Source: Curvularia clavata | Taxonomy: Eukaryota | NCBI GenBank assembly: GCA_023920165.1 | Contig: CP089274.1 | Coordinates: 1,116,001 to 1,180,000, forward strand | Direction: 5' to 3' | Length of the DNA: 64,000 bases | Shown: positions 22,266 to 35,077 of the stretch, piece by piece | Layout: every line of letters starts with the position of its first letter | Position numbering within the stretch: position 1 is the first letter of the stretch | Program-made: the position numbers and the translations under genes | Notes under the pieces: generated by a model | Told to the model about the DNA's origin: nothing | The model's input: the letters and a program-made list of their open reading frames with translations, nothing else | Database searches by the model: none

Positions 22266-23697
22266 CTACGCCCTGGTGATCATGTGCTCCCGCGCAGGCC
22301 CGACACCAATCCACTTGACCTTGACGCCGATAAACTTCTCAATGTACTCGATATAACTCCTGGCCTGGTGAGGCAGGTCGTACCAGCTGGTGGCGCCAGT
22401 CGTCGGCTTCTGCCAGCCAGGTAGCGTGTCGTACTGAACCTCGACTTCGGCAAGGATCTCCGGGTTGGCAGGGAAGCCGTCGAGTTTCTGGCCCTTGTAC
22501 GAGTATGCGGTCGCTACCTTGAGCTCGGCAAAGTCGTCCAGAACATCCAGCTTAGTCAGATTAATGGCAGTGTAGTCGTTGCAGGCGTGAGAGTGCTTGA
22601 CAACAACCAGATCGAGCCAACCGCAGCGGCGCTTGCGGCCGGTAGTTACTCCGACCTCGTGGCCTACTTTTTGGAGTTTGTCGCCAACCTCGTTGAGCTG
22701 CTCGGTGGGGAAGGGACCACTGTTTAAGTTAGACATTGAGTATTTCATGTTGGGGGCATGTTACGCACGATCCGACGCGGGTGGTGTAGGCCTTGACCAC
22801 GCCAATGACTTCGGTCAGTGACCGCCATCCCAGGTTCAAACCTGTGATGACACCTCCAAGGCCCGTGTTTGAGGATGTGACAAAGGGGTATGTGCCATAG
22901 TCGATATCTAGCATGAGCGCGTTTGCGCCCTCGACTAGGATCTTTGCGTTCTTCTCCTTGGCTGAAGCAAGGAGCGGGATCTGATCGACGACATATGGAG
23001 CGAGTCTCTCACGGAAACCCTGGATGGACGTTAGCCAGTGCACCTTTATTTTACAATAGGACAGTAGCTGACCTTGTACCTGGCGATTTCCTCTTCCACA
23101 TTGTACTTGAGGAGGTCGCCAAAGCGCTTCTGGAACCCGCCAGCGAGCCTCCTAAGCTTTGTCTCGAAGATGGCCTCGTCGAACAAGTCGCACATGCGGA
23201 GACCACTCCTAGTCATCTTTGTGCTGTAGGCTGGGCCAATGCCCTTCTTGGTTGTGCCTGTGTCGCACAGTCAGTCAGCACTCTCCAAAACGCCTCAGCG
23301 CAGCCATTGGATTCTCACCAATCATCTCACCGCCCAGCTCGACCTCCTCGAGGCCGTCGGCCATCTGGTGGACATCGAAGACAACGTGGGCGCGGTCCGA
23401 GATGAAAATGCGGCCGTCGGTGTGCAGGCCATGCTTCTCGAGCGCCTCGAGCTCCTTGAAGAAGCTGGGCACGTGGACAACGCAGCCACTTCCGATGACA
23501 TTGATACAACCGGGATTGATGAGACCGCTGGGGAGGATATGGAAGTCGTAGGTGACACCGTGGGCGACAATGGTATGACCGGCGTTGTTACCGCCCTGGG
23601 CACGGCAGCAGATTTGCGACTCGTGGGCGAGGATGTCGGCGAGTTTGCCCTTGCCTTCGTCGCCCCATTGGGCGCCGAGGACGACGGTGACAGGCAT
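22266..23697 (-). CDS. ADE12: Adenylosuccinate synthetase (introns 23258..23318, 23020..23072, 22720..22768)
   Basis: [78 protein letters not shown]. Confidence 0.97.
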
Positions 23698-24463
23698 CGT
23701 GAAAAGACGGGGAACAGAAGAAGAGGAGGCGACGGGGCGGCTGGTGGGTTTTCAATCTGCCCATGGAGAAGCGGACTTGGCCGAGTTAGTCACCGCGGCC
23801 TGCAAAAAGATTTGCGGGCGTGCCATTGTTAGCAAGTAGAGCGCTGGCGATTTTGCGGGGGGCGCCGACACGTACAGACGCGCTGCACATGCGGGCCGAC
23901 TGTAGATTGATGGGCTGCACTCTGTCAAATGAGGCGCTGCACGACTTTCTGCTTGTCCTCGTCCTCCATGGCATCGTCGGCGTTGAACTCTCTGCCTTTG
24001 TCGTGCCCCGCCATGCCCCGCCATGCATTGCGCCATGCCGTCCTTTTCCGCACGAGCCAATGACGCACGTGCATGCGCCGCATTCTACCACGACTGGTTC
24101 CGACGATAGCATTTGATGTGAGGCAACGACACGGCATCGTCGCGGTTGATTGTAATCGCTGATGTCAAGTGTTCTTGTCGAAACCACTGCATACCCCACC
24201 GCTACGACGGCTTGATATTGCATTTCTGCTCATCCATTCACTTTTTAGATCCAGTCAACATAGCCAGGCGTATTGCAATATATCGGTTTGGAAACGACAC
24301 CAGCACAGAACCACAAGAGTACCCGTTAAAAGAGGAAAGGTTGAAATTCCCCGTACGCCTAGTTATGCCATTACGCTAATATCCAGCAAAAGGAAAACAA
24401 CTTGGACAGAGAACGTTGAGATTATATATACACGGATCGTGCAGCACCATCAACATCCCACGC

Positions 24464-26301
24464 TTAGTGGATGTATCGGAACTCCGGATGCCGATATCCC
24501 AGATCCTTGATCTGTGCTGCCGTCTTGCCTACCAGGCGGTGGTCCCTCCTACCCAGGTCACGCTGCTTGTTTTCCCACTTGCAGTAACAGATTCCGAAAA
24601 TGGCGAGAAGGCAGACACAAATTTGACCACACAGGTTGATTGTGTGGCCGATGGGGTAACGTGGAGCGTCCTTGGACGTATACGTCCTGCAGTTTGGTTA
24701 GTTTCCAACTCTGATACGATCTGGTACAAAAAAAAACAAGCAGGTAGACATACCAAGTTGCGAGGATACCACCAGCGGTACCAAGGGTAACAACGTACGC
24801 CGTGGAAACCGACCGAATTGCAGGGCCTGCCGCGTTGTTTGCTGCCCACGCGAGGAATCCAGGGCCACCGGGAAAAGCACCAATGGTGATCAGGAAGATA
24901 CCACCATAGCGAGTCTCGGGATCGGTCGCCCAGCGCATGATGCAAAAGCCAGCAATCGCAGGGAGAGTGAAGATAGCCAAGTAGAGACCACGGCGATTCG
25001 TCTTGTCCGACAAAAAGGCGACTCCAATAGCGATCACACAGGCGCACACGTACGGAGGCACAGAGTACAGCTGTGCCTTTGTCGACGTCCAGCCCAGGTC
25101 GGAAAGAATGGTTGGCTGGCAGACTTGTCAGCAAGCGGTTCTTTCCTGCAAGCACCCAAACTTACCATGAAAAGTGAGATACCCTGCACAGTGATATTGA
25201 TGAAAAAGAAGCCCATCGCGCAGAAGTAGTTTGTGATGTTCATCATGGCCCTCTTGACGTGGTGCACTTCAGTTTTCTCGTTCTCGTCGGCTCCGCCCTT
25301 TAGAACAAGTCGCCTAGAGGCGATCATTCGTTCGCGCTCGTTCAAGAACCAGCAATTTTCAGGGCTTCGAGGCATCACAAAAGGAGCCGCAAGTCCAACA
25401 AGTACAGTAAAAAGTCCCTCAAAGAAGAAGATATTGCGCCAGGTGTGGATGATCATGCCAGATGCTCCCCATGCAGGTATACGGGCAAGGCTGTCTCGAA
25501 GCGTCAGTTGCCACTCAATAGTTTAGAGTAATACCTTGTACATACCCGGTAGCAAGCAGACCACCAAAAGCTCCAGCCATGGAGGCGGCCGAGACGTAAA
25601 TACCAACACGAAGAAGGAGTTCGTTGCGCTTGTAGAAGCAAGTGATGAAGAAGGCAAGGCCGCTGCAAAGGCTTAGTGATGAAAATCGCGAGACCCAATG
25701 GAAAAACTTACGGCATGACACCTCCCTCAAATATTCCTAGGAATGCTCTCGCGACCAACAAGCCCGCAAAGCTATGCACGAACGCAGTGCAGAGCGAGAC
25801 GAGGCCGAATCCGCACACGAGGAGCGGTAGGTAGTACTTGGGGCCAATTTTCTTGAGAATAATATTGCTGGGTACTTCGACAAACATGTAGACAATGTAG
25901 AAGATGGAAGTGACCCAGTTGAACCGGTAACCTATGCTCAGGTTCAGATCTTTACCCATGCCCTGGATACGCGCGTTGCCGATGTTGATTCTGGTTCGCA
26001 AGTCAGCAGCCGTATCCTGAGTCAAATGCGCGCTACATACCGGTCAAGAAAACACAGCAAGTACAGAAACGTCGTGACTGGCACAATGACGCGGTCCAGT
26101 TTGCGCCGGACCTTGGTTTCTTCTTCCTCTGTCCAGGTGAAATCACCTTCTGTGGACCGATCACTTCCATTGGCCTCGTCGTCTGTAATTTCTGTTAGTA
26201 TCTTATCGCATCAGGACCAAGTGAGCCATACAAAGAACATCGTGGCCCTTCTCGAGCGCTGCAGGAGAGCGCTCGTCCATGATACCTATCGGTTGCGCCA
26301 T
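24464..26301 (-). CDS. MFS transporter, anion:cation symporter (Dal5/Tna1-like) family, 6 probable introns
   Basis: KVRRKLD..IVP...LYLLCFLDR|INIGNAR, VEVPSNIILKK, R.FLGIFEGG, FYKRNELLLR, WRNIFFFEG, DAPRY..GH, C-terminal LGYRHPEFRYIH*. Substrate cannot be assigned. Confidence 0.92.
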
Positions 26302-28639
26302 TTTGTCGAAGGCAAATGTCGCGGCCAAGAAACCGGAGTCAGAAGCAGAGAATCTCTTGTCGAACTACCGCCCCGCACTATTCAAGAGTCTGGGGAATAG
26401 AATCTGGGGAAGACCAAGGCCCCTATAAGAACAGACGACGGATCTCGATTCCGACGGACTTCTCGGTAAAGGAGGCGTAATAGAGGCGTTGGACAAGAAC
26501 CAGGAAAAGGTTGTCGGCAGTTGTCTTTACGCTCACAAGGAGGCAATTTGACCATGTTTAGGTCCAAGCCCGCTCCACTGTGCCCTTGTCTCCTTTGAGT
26601 TGGCATCAACATGCCGTCCCTGCGGGGGGAGTCAACCGAGTCGACACAGGAAACTCACACCGACCAGCATTATGGTGAGCAGCATTCTCTTTGGCTGACA
26701 GGGTGCGGGGCGGGCCTTGGCAACATGGGTTGACTCGTGCAGCGTGCGCCGATGGCGGGCGGCCAGGGCTTGGTTGTGGTCGAGTCGAAACGCAATGCTT
26801 GGCTGAGCGGGACGACATGTTGGCTTCCTACTAACGGTGGCGGTTTCGGCAGTTGATCAAAAACTATCATTTCTACGCTTACACCCATTACCACTGGAAT
26901 ACGATAAATCCTATTTTGGCAACCATCCTCATTGGCTCAGCCGGAGTCGAGTTGGAGGGTGTTGTTGTTGCTGAGGCAGTACACATGCTTGCTGAATTTA
27001 CCCACAGGCTCTTTAGCAGGATGCAAGCGATCCCTCCATCTCGGGGGCCCTAGAACGGATCGAGTGCCGCTCCACATGCGCATACGGAGTTTGAGCTTAT
27101 GCAAATTCATATAACCTCTGCAAAGAACCAGGAAGATACGAAAGTTGTTTGGCGAGTCGGTCCTATCCATGTGCTTATCTACGTATGCATGACATTGGTA
27201 AGTAAGATACCTACACACATACATGTGATGTACATATGTACGTGCATGCCATCCACCTGCTCTGATGCCAGCGCAGTCCAGATCTTAGGATCCAGGCAAT
27301 TCTAGTGCGATGCATGGTGTCGGCTGAGCCGCCACCGTTTGCGGCGTGTGTCGATTAGGTGTACTTGTTGAGCAGTGCGAAGGCCAAATGAGCGAGTCCT
27401 AGGGGTCCGAAAAAGTGGATGTCAAGGTATCATACTGGGGAAGATTTCGCTGCCGATCAGTGCCTCGTACCACTTGGGCTATCAGCATTTGCAAAGTACG
27501 GGGCATAGTCAGCAGTGTAAATTGCCCGACATTGAAATTTAATTCGCAAACCCCCCGAGGTTCTGAATTTATCCCAAATCACAACGTACGGCCATAGCAG
27601 CCCTCGCAAAAACATCCGTACCTGGCCCACGACCGACTTGTCGGATACTTTACGCAGAACATGCAGGAACCCCTAGCTACTAGAAATTGCGCATCGTCGA
27701 AAACCAGGCGTCGATGGCGCTCATAGCACACCTACTAGCGCGAGACGACACCCACGCTTTCTGTCACAAGCACGCAACCAGCGTCACGCATCTCCACAGC
27801 CAACGACGGTGCCATCCTGGTGGGTTCCAGAGGCTTGGATGTCCGAGTGCGGCTTTGGACTCGGCGCCTTCCCGATGACAATTCTCGTCTTGATTGTTTT
27901 GCAGGTACTACCCTCGGTTGCGGCTACTCTATCACGTGACCCTCACCAAGTACTACCTCGATCTGTCCAACTTCGACTGCTACAGCCAAGGATTCTACTT
28001 ATCCGTTGTATCCGGTTAGCCAAGACTATGCTTTGGAGCTGAATGCGGGACACTTTCCGGGGAGGCCAAGAGTTTGTCCGCATTCGATGTGCCGGTATCT
28101 TGTTCCGTATCAAAGACGCATGCTTCGCTTCCTTTTGTCCACGACTATCCGGTTTCCGACGGCTGACATTCCCAGTCGTGAATTTAATACTCGCCCTTTC
28201 CTTTGCTTTGGTGTTTTGAAGAGCCATACCTAATGCCTCACACTCTGTCAAGCTGTATCCTTTTCGATTCTCCTGGTACTCTGATCGCCCGCAGCGACAT
28301 CCGGTTCTCAGACATATAAATCATGAAGACGTCGGGTTTTTCTTCACCAAAAGATCAACTAGTGAGTCCAGACACGGTTTTGCGCACAATGCAAGCCATG
28401 TATCGGCCTCGACAGCACAATGTCTGACGTAGTTGGGCGATGTCTCACTTATGATGGACATAGAAATGCACGATGTCAAGTCATGGAGTTAACAAACAGT
28501 GTTGTATGCGTCAGGAGCAACACAGCGAGAGCGTGAGACAGTATACATGCTTAAAACTCATCTCTGCTAACCAAGACCACCTTCCCAACTCTTCCTAACT
28601 ATCGATATACAACCTAGCCCCGCAAACGAGCTCATCACA

Positions 28640-29092
28640 ATGAATTCATCAATGCACCTCATCTACTACCTGTGCGGACATCTCAAAGTCGTCATGGCTC
28701 ACGAGCACGAGAACGACATATGCCCCAACAACTTACCAGAAAGCGAAACCGCTGACGAAGACTGTTACCACTGTGAAGGGAAGAAGAAGGGTTATGAAGG
28801 GAACCCACGCCCCATTGAACATGAGGATGACTTTGAGATAATATACAACGACCCAGAAGATGACGATGATGATGGTGATGACGATGGCTACGACGGCGAC
28901 GATGAACTGGCGTATGATGAGGGCGTAAGCCCAGCAGTAGCACAGACGAGGCCTTTCGATCCTGAAGACACTCTTGAAAACTGGCTAGACCACATTAGAT
29001 TATCGGCAGTAGGAGAGTGCGATTGCGTCGTATGCGAATCCGACCGTGCTAAGCTCAAAGACCCCCAAAAGAAGTTACGTGTGGTCTCTTGA
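28640..29092 (+). CDS. Hypothetical small acidic protein with Cys/His clusters (150 aa)
   Basis: Good start context (ATCACAATG); CGH...C...CYHC N-terminal cluster, central D/E tract, C-terminal H...CDCVVC. No homology assignable by eye. Confidence 0.65.
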   Translation: MNSSMHLIYYLCGHLKVVMAHEHENDICPNNLPESETADEDCYHCEGKKKGYEGNPRPIEHEDDFEIIYNDPEDDDDDGDDDGYDGDDELAYDEGVSPAVAQTRPFDPEDTLENWLDHIRLSAVGECDCVVCESDRAKLKDPQKKLRVVS

Positions 29093-29175
29093 GTTGCGGT
29101 CAAGCCGGACTGGATCAAGGTGCCGCTGGCGATGGATGTAGTTTAAAGTCCTTTCTCGCAATTAGATTCGCAATG

Positions 29176-31557
29176 CTATGCCAGATTGACCGCCCTCCAC
29201 TTCGGCTCGCACTCCTCAAATAGTGTATCCGAATTGATTTGCTCATCCACCCGCTGCACACGATACGCAACTCCATCTTTCTCTTCGATACAAATCAAGA
29301 AGAAATCAATGCTTGTCGCTCCCCAGTCCGGTAATCTCCTCTGTGCAAGAGCAATGAAAGTTAGCTTATCTGGTTGCGCTTCTCGCCATTCAGGGTCTAG
29401 CCAAATCGACGCAGGGCGCCAGCTACAGTGTAACCTGAAGCGATAGGTACTCAGTTCGTTCGACACCGCGCCTTGATCGGGTATTACGGGGATTTTGAAT
29501 GTCCAGGTATGAAAGCGTAGGATCTTCTTCCGCATGGGTCGCAATTTGTCCCATTCCTCCGGTGTCAGGAGCGGAGGTTCGAGAGGCCATTTGTTGTTTG
29601 CATGCCATGCAAATGGTTTGTCGTACGCATGATCCGGGAAGTTTCCATCCCCCCATTCCCAATCTCTGAACGGTTTGTAAACAAAGGTATTACCGGCAAG
29701 CTGGTCAACCTCTTTGATCAGCTCGATCGCATCGTCGGAGTCGAGCGGCAGACACTGCCCACGGCTACCTAGACGATAGACTTTCGTTATAGGGTAGACA
29801 GGTGGATATCTATCTTCAATAGGATGACCCCCACCTGGCAAGAAATTGACGTGAATCTGCGCTTTCCATCCGACCCAGGACCAGCTTGGGAAATCTAGGC
29901 GGCGATGTTTCAGAGAGATTGAAGTGGAATACCAGTAAAGAGATTCGACAATATTCTCGATTGGTAGTCCCCAGAAGAAGGTGAAGGTTGGCGCAAATTT
30001 GCCCAAGATACCAGACACCGCGTTCAGTGCATCCAAGTCATATGTCAATTGGCGAGTTGTGTAGTCGACCAGAAGTCGATTAAGACGGGTATACGGATTG
30101 TTGGCCCTAGCAATCATGAAGTCGCCAATCAAGTCAGCTTCAAGACGACGCGAAGTCGTACTTGACATGGTAGTCTCGAGATGCACATCTTCGCAGAATG
30201 TACTCGTCCGACAGCGCCAGAATACTTGGCCAGATGTGAAGATTATCAGACGGCTCGACAGGTGCTTCTCTTGACAGGTCCACCCGCGACTGTGCCATAC
30301 CGAGCCCAAGACCGAGTCCAAAAATAGAGGAAGTGTACATCCCAAGGCAAGGGACCCAATTTGTGTGATATGCTGTTTGCTGGCTCGCGAATCTGGGCGA
30401 ACCCCACTCAGGCCACTGTTGGCGTCATTGCCGCACGCAGCTACAATAGTGAAAGCCGCACATTGATATATTGACCCCATCATGTCGAGCTGGCATGCCT
30501 TGTCTTCTGCGCTATCTTGCTGGATACACAGAGCATCCACCCACAGGTACTTCTCTCCCATCTTCTCGCACAGAAGCATCGCGTCTCGTATGGTCATTGG
30601 GACCGACTTGTTATGGTCGTTTAATGAACCATCAACGTCCACGAGTCGGGAGAGTGCCTCAGCAGTGAGAAGCAACTGTCTTGCCTTACCCCAAACGTAG
30701 CTCAGCACGACATATCGACATTGCTGGGTTGCGGTGACTACACAACGACGCTGGACGTCGATGACTCGCATGCCGAAGTCGCCTCCGAGGAATTGTGGAA
30801 CTTCGCATTGCTGTGAATGACAATCCTGGCAAAGGCTCAGCCATGACCGCAGAAGTTGAATATCTACGGATTGATAGACATGTCTTCCGAGCAGCAGGTT
30901 CGAATGTTCAACAAGCGTTGCTGAGTTTGGTGGTGCAAAGGCTTGGAGAGCGATAGCCGATGCAACTGCTTGAACTCTGTCATCAATGGTTACTGGACTG
31001 CCCCATGGTGCATCGCGAGCGACTGCTTCCTTTTTCTCCAACTTTTGTGATTGCCACCGTACCCATAACCAATTTCGCTTGAGAGAGTCTCCGCCCACTG
31101 ACGGCGCGGCTGTAATGACACAATGTCCCTGTGAGATTTGTTTCACATTAGGGTACAGAGTGGAAAGGGCTTTCAGGAGAAGTCCGCAGAATTCGCATTT
31201 GCCTGCTCGTTTATAAATCCAGCCCATTTTCTTTGAGAAGATGCGAATCGAACCATCGAACAGCGCAGGAAAGTCGAGAGTACGGCAGCTCCAGCACAAG
31301 CCCTGACTCTCCCTCTGTGATGCGAAGAAGTTCTGAATGCTTCCACGTTTGCGGGGTTCGCCGGATACCACGATATCAAATCCATTATAAGAGATAGCCT
31401 TGGAGTCCGATAGTTGCTTAGTATTCAAGCTGCTAAGGCCAGTTGGATCAACGGGTGCGCTGGCGAAAGTGTTGATGAGTGCAACCGGGCCATCCATCTC
31501 TTGTAGAGGAGACGCGATCTGCGAATCCGTAATGCGGTGATGCCGTCCGAAGATCAT
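29176..31557 (-). CDS. HET-domain (heterokaryon incompatibility, PF06985-type) protein
   Basis: RVIDV...RYVVLSYVWG, TIRDAM....MGEKYLWVDALCIQQD, MGSIYQCAAFTIVAA, W.SRGWT.QE..LSSR.IIFT..QVFWRC, YTTRQLT...DALNA..GI, FPSWSWVGW. Intronless; start ATG uncertain (31557 or 31497). Confidence 0.93.
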   Translation of the reverse strand: MIFGRHHRITDSQIASPLQEMDGPVALINTFASAPVDPTGLSSLNTKQLSDSKAISYNGFDIVVSGEPRKRGSIQNFFASQRESQGLCWSCRTLDFPALFDGSIRIFSKKMGWIYKRAGKCEFCGLLLKALSTLYPNVKQISQGHCVITAAPSVGGDSLKRNWLWVRWQSQKLEKKEAVARDAPWGSPVTIDDRVQAVASAIALQAFAPPNSATLVEHSNLLLGRHVYQSVDIQLLRSWLSLCQDCHSQQCEVPQFLGGDFGMRVIDVQRRCVVTATQQCRYVVLSYVWGKARQLLLTAEALSRLVDVDGSLNDHNKSVPMTIRDAMLLCEKMGEKYLWVDALCIQQDSAEDKACQLDMMGSIYQCAAFTIVAACGNDANSGLSGVRPDSRASKQHITQIGSLALGCTLPLFLDSVLGSVWHSRGWTCQEKHLSSRLIIFTSGQVFWRCRTSTFCEDVHLETTMSSTTSRRLEADLIGDFMIARANNPYTRLNRLLVDYTTRQLTYDLDALNAVSGILGKFAPTFTFFWGLPIENIVESLYWYSTSISLKHRRLDFPSWSWVGWKAQIHVNFLPGGGHPIEDRYPPVYPITKVYRLGSRGQCLPLDSDDAIELIKEVDQLAGNTFVYKPFRDWEWGDGNFPDHAYDKPFAWHANNKWPLEPPLLTPEEWDKLRPMRKKILRFHTWTFKIPVIPDQGAVSNELSTYRFRLHCSWRPASIWLDPEWREAQPDKLTFIALAQRRLPDWGATSIDFFLICIEEKDGVAYRVQRVDEQINSDTLFEECEPKWRAVNLA

Positions 31558-31959
31558 GGACAAAATGGATCGACATAACAGTCTGTAATTCAATTTGTTG
31601 TATCGGAATTGAAACGATGTCTCACGGCATGGCAAAAGGTTTTTGAAGTTGAGGTCTAAGCCTCTTCACACTAACGCTTCAGCCGCAAGCCGTCTGTGCT
31701 ACCTCAATGACGCCTGATTGCGCCTCGCCTTGCTTTAGTGGTCTGGAACGACCCACTCATGTCCACTGTGGAAAATAAGCCTTCCGACATGAATACCGGT
31801 ATATAGCTGGTAAATTTGCCGCTGCACATGGGGATGCTTCCGGAACCCTCAAGGATTCGCCGTGATCAGGAGCGATTGATCCCTCGAGCGAGGGCGGCCG
31901 ACCCGCTCCTACCACACCCTTGTCTGCTCAAGCTGTGATCGAAAAGTACCTTCTTGTAC

Positions 31960-32720
31960 TATGATAGTTTGTATACCTAGGCAGATGGCGTCTAACCTAA
32001 TGTGTGAGGTAGGATACTAAGCCTTTCGCTTACAGATAGGGTAGGACTATATTGCGGCCGCGTTTGGGGTGAAGCCGCATTCGCTAGTAGCTATATAGAA
32101 GGGTCATAGTTAGACGTAAAGTCGTTTCACATATTTGCTGTCGCTTTGCTTACTTTAGTATCTGCTAACCGTCGTACTTGACCTTTTGGGTTGTCCTTAT
32201 CACTGTAACACTTATCCAGTAAGCTCAGGGCGTTAGATAATTTATTATTTCAAGCTTACCTCTATTTGACTAGCTCAGTATTCGAGATTATATTAGCACT
32301 GCTAATTAGTGCATTAGATATAGAGGTACGAGGCCGTGTAGTAATCATGCACGAATCAGTTCACCGACTAGTCTTTACTACTAGTAAGTAGACTTAGACG
32401 ATTCTATTAAATATCTAGACGTATACAGAAGCAATAGATACGTTACAACAGATAAAACTAATAGTAGTAGTCGTATAACTATTAAGGCGTATTATTGAAA
32501 TAAAGCAGATATCTTTGTATATCTAGAAGGAAGATATCTAAGCGATTATAATTTTTATGTTAATAGGCATACATCAACTCAGAATTAACCTTAGTATATA
32601 TCTAGATAGGCTAATATAATTTTTATAACAGTTGCAGGCTATCATATTGCTACAAAGTTAAAATACTTATCATTTTGTCCGTTACAGCGGTTGCTCCGTT
32701 GCAAAGGGATGTACATTACA
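31960..32720. mobile_element. AT-rich, RIP-like degenerate repeat relic containing a candidate solo-LTR (32204..32447)
   Basis: No ORF of 60 aa or more. By-eye counts at 32401-32520 give about 11-12 TpA per 60 nt versus 4 or fewer CpA+TpG. TGTAAC at 32204 and GTTACA ending 32447 form LTR-type inverted termini. No target-site duplication found. Confidence 0.6.
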
Positions 32721-33070
32721 TACGTCTAAAGGTCTATTCAAATGGTCACAACCTACTTCCTAGCTGTTGGATCGATCTGTGAACTGATTGCTACACAATT
32801 CAGTACTCCTGTATCAAATGCACCAACTGGAAGTGGTGATACAACGCCGATTGCTGAACTAGCTGAATAGAGATAAGTAAACGAGGACACGTCACCTGAT
32901 GCCTGAAGCTCACCCATTACAAGGCAGTTCTATCTCACCGGCTACTAGTTCCTTTCAGCAGCTTCTTGAACAACCTCCACTATTCCGCCTAAGCAAATAT
33001 TTTATTCAATGTAAGGCAAAGTCTGAGCTGCGTAGAAATCCCAGCTCTGTTAACCATTATCCCAGCAAAT

Positions 33071-35077
33071 ATGGCTTCCTATCATTGCCAGATATGTTCA
33101 ATGGCTATGTCTATTGCGCGAATTCGAACTCCGAGTGACCCTCCAGATACAGCCTGGAGCTACAAAGGGCACACTTATGTGGGCTTTGGTCAGTTCCAAG
33201 ACATCTATGGAGATGCTTTCCCAGACCAACATTGCGAGCAATGCACCACCTTAGATCGAACTCCAGCCACCTTGGATGAAGACATCAAGAACGCGGGCTT
33301 TGGCCCTCTATGGCCAGATGAACAAGATGAAGATCACGAATGGCTACCGGAAGAGGATTCGGATGCGAGAAGCGAGAAGCTTGAGTATGACTCCGAAGCC
33401 GATTCTGATGTAGAATCGTCGGACACATCGCAATACGATGACCGAGATTCAGATGATGGAAAAAATGATACCAACATACACAACGCCCTGCTTGAGCTGC
33501 ATGCCCCTCCAGAACCGAAGCACCTACCCCATGGTACCTTGCACAAAGGTTACATGTATACCAGAGAGTGGCAGATTCCGCAATACCTCGGAGACCTTCT
33601 ACAAAAACGAGCCTCTGGCTCGTATAGACTCCCGCTAGAACACATAGCGGCGCGTTCCTGCAAAAGCCTCCAGGGCATTAATGGTCATGTGCTGAGCGCA
33701 GAACAAATGAAAGGTTGCCGTAACCACAGGTTTCTACTGGCAAAACCCTTGGATTGGCAAGCCGACGAGAGCGATAACATCTTTGAAAGTGGTAGTTTGT
33801 TTGTCCTATCAGGTGAATCAAATGGGTCTTATATATCACCCGTAGATCCTTATGTATACCCACCACGGTACGGTGTAGATCGGGTGCACTGCTGGACTCT
33901 GTATGTGAATGACGGATGTAACGTATGTGAAGCACGCTCTAAGCCTACTTGTATAATGCGAGTATTAATATTGGTCTAGGATTCCGACGGATGGCAGCCA
34001 CTGCCAGTCCATTCATATTGTCTTGATATATTTGCAAAGGTATCATATCGCCGACTTGGGCGAGTCGATTTGAATGGCATCTGGCACTGGCGGGAGATGC
34101 AGTGCTCGCCAGAATCGTACAATCTTACCGAAGATGACGTGTCAACATGTCCAGAAGTAGCTCGGGGGCGACGAGATCATGGTGTATGGTCTCATCAACC
34201 GGGCGATGAGTGGCTAGCTGCAAATCCTGTAGAAGTTCCGGAGTTGTGCAGTTTGGTAGAGAGTTGCTTTAGCTCTGTCCCACTTGAGTGCACCACGAAC
34301 CAGCACTCCCAAGCGCGCCTTCTTAGGCTGCCAGCCGAGCTTATCGACTACATCATATGCTTCCTCGAGGAGAGCGATTTGAACATAGTAGCAGCTACCT
34401 GCCGACAGCTTCGTCGCCATACACAATCGTTTTTTAAGGTTCTTGCCGTGGAACATATGAGCTGGTTATGGGAGGTGTTCGAAGCTGAGCGATACCCAAG
34501 TTCACCAGACTGGCCAGTGACATGGGATCCTTGCAACCCGCCTGGCCTCGTTATCCCACACCTACCGCACAATCTTCCAAGCGAGAAGCAAGAGACGGCG
34601 CTCTGGGAAGAGATTTTGAAAGACGACCCAGATATGGAAAATGTTGGAAATGCTGTCAAAGCATCTAATACATCACGGCGTGAGGTTATTCTTGGCCCGT
34701 ACCGGGCGAGAGTAGCGCAATCACTTCAAGAATGGCGAGACTTCCGTGGGGGCGTAGCAGACTGGATCTGCCGGCGACCTCTGAGCAAGGATCGAGTAGC
34801 ACATGATGGTCTAGACTGGGTACGTCTGTGGTGTCTTTTCAACCCCGATACAATCCCAATGCCGGGTATACGAAACCGCGCGCGGATCTGGAAAGACTGC
34901 GAACGTATCATAGACCACAATGTTCGCTTACAAGAGCAAGGGGTAATGGATACTAAGTGTGAAGTAATTCGTGAGGTGATATCCTACAATAGGGAGCAAT
35001 GGTGGAATCATGCAATGGCAGCAAGGCATGACCGTGACAACAACGGTTTTCTGAGACGAATGTGGCAAGAAGACTAA
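33071..35077 (+). CDS. F-box domain protein (intron 33923..33979)
   Basis: A GTATGT...TAG intron joins ORFs 33071.. and 34070.. in frame (...NDGCN|DSDGWQPLPVHSYCLDIF). F-box LLRLPAELIDYIICFL...DL..VAATCRQLR; N-terminal CQIC...RIRTP; C-terminal GIRNRARIW. Confidence 0.85.
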
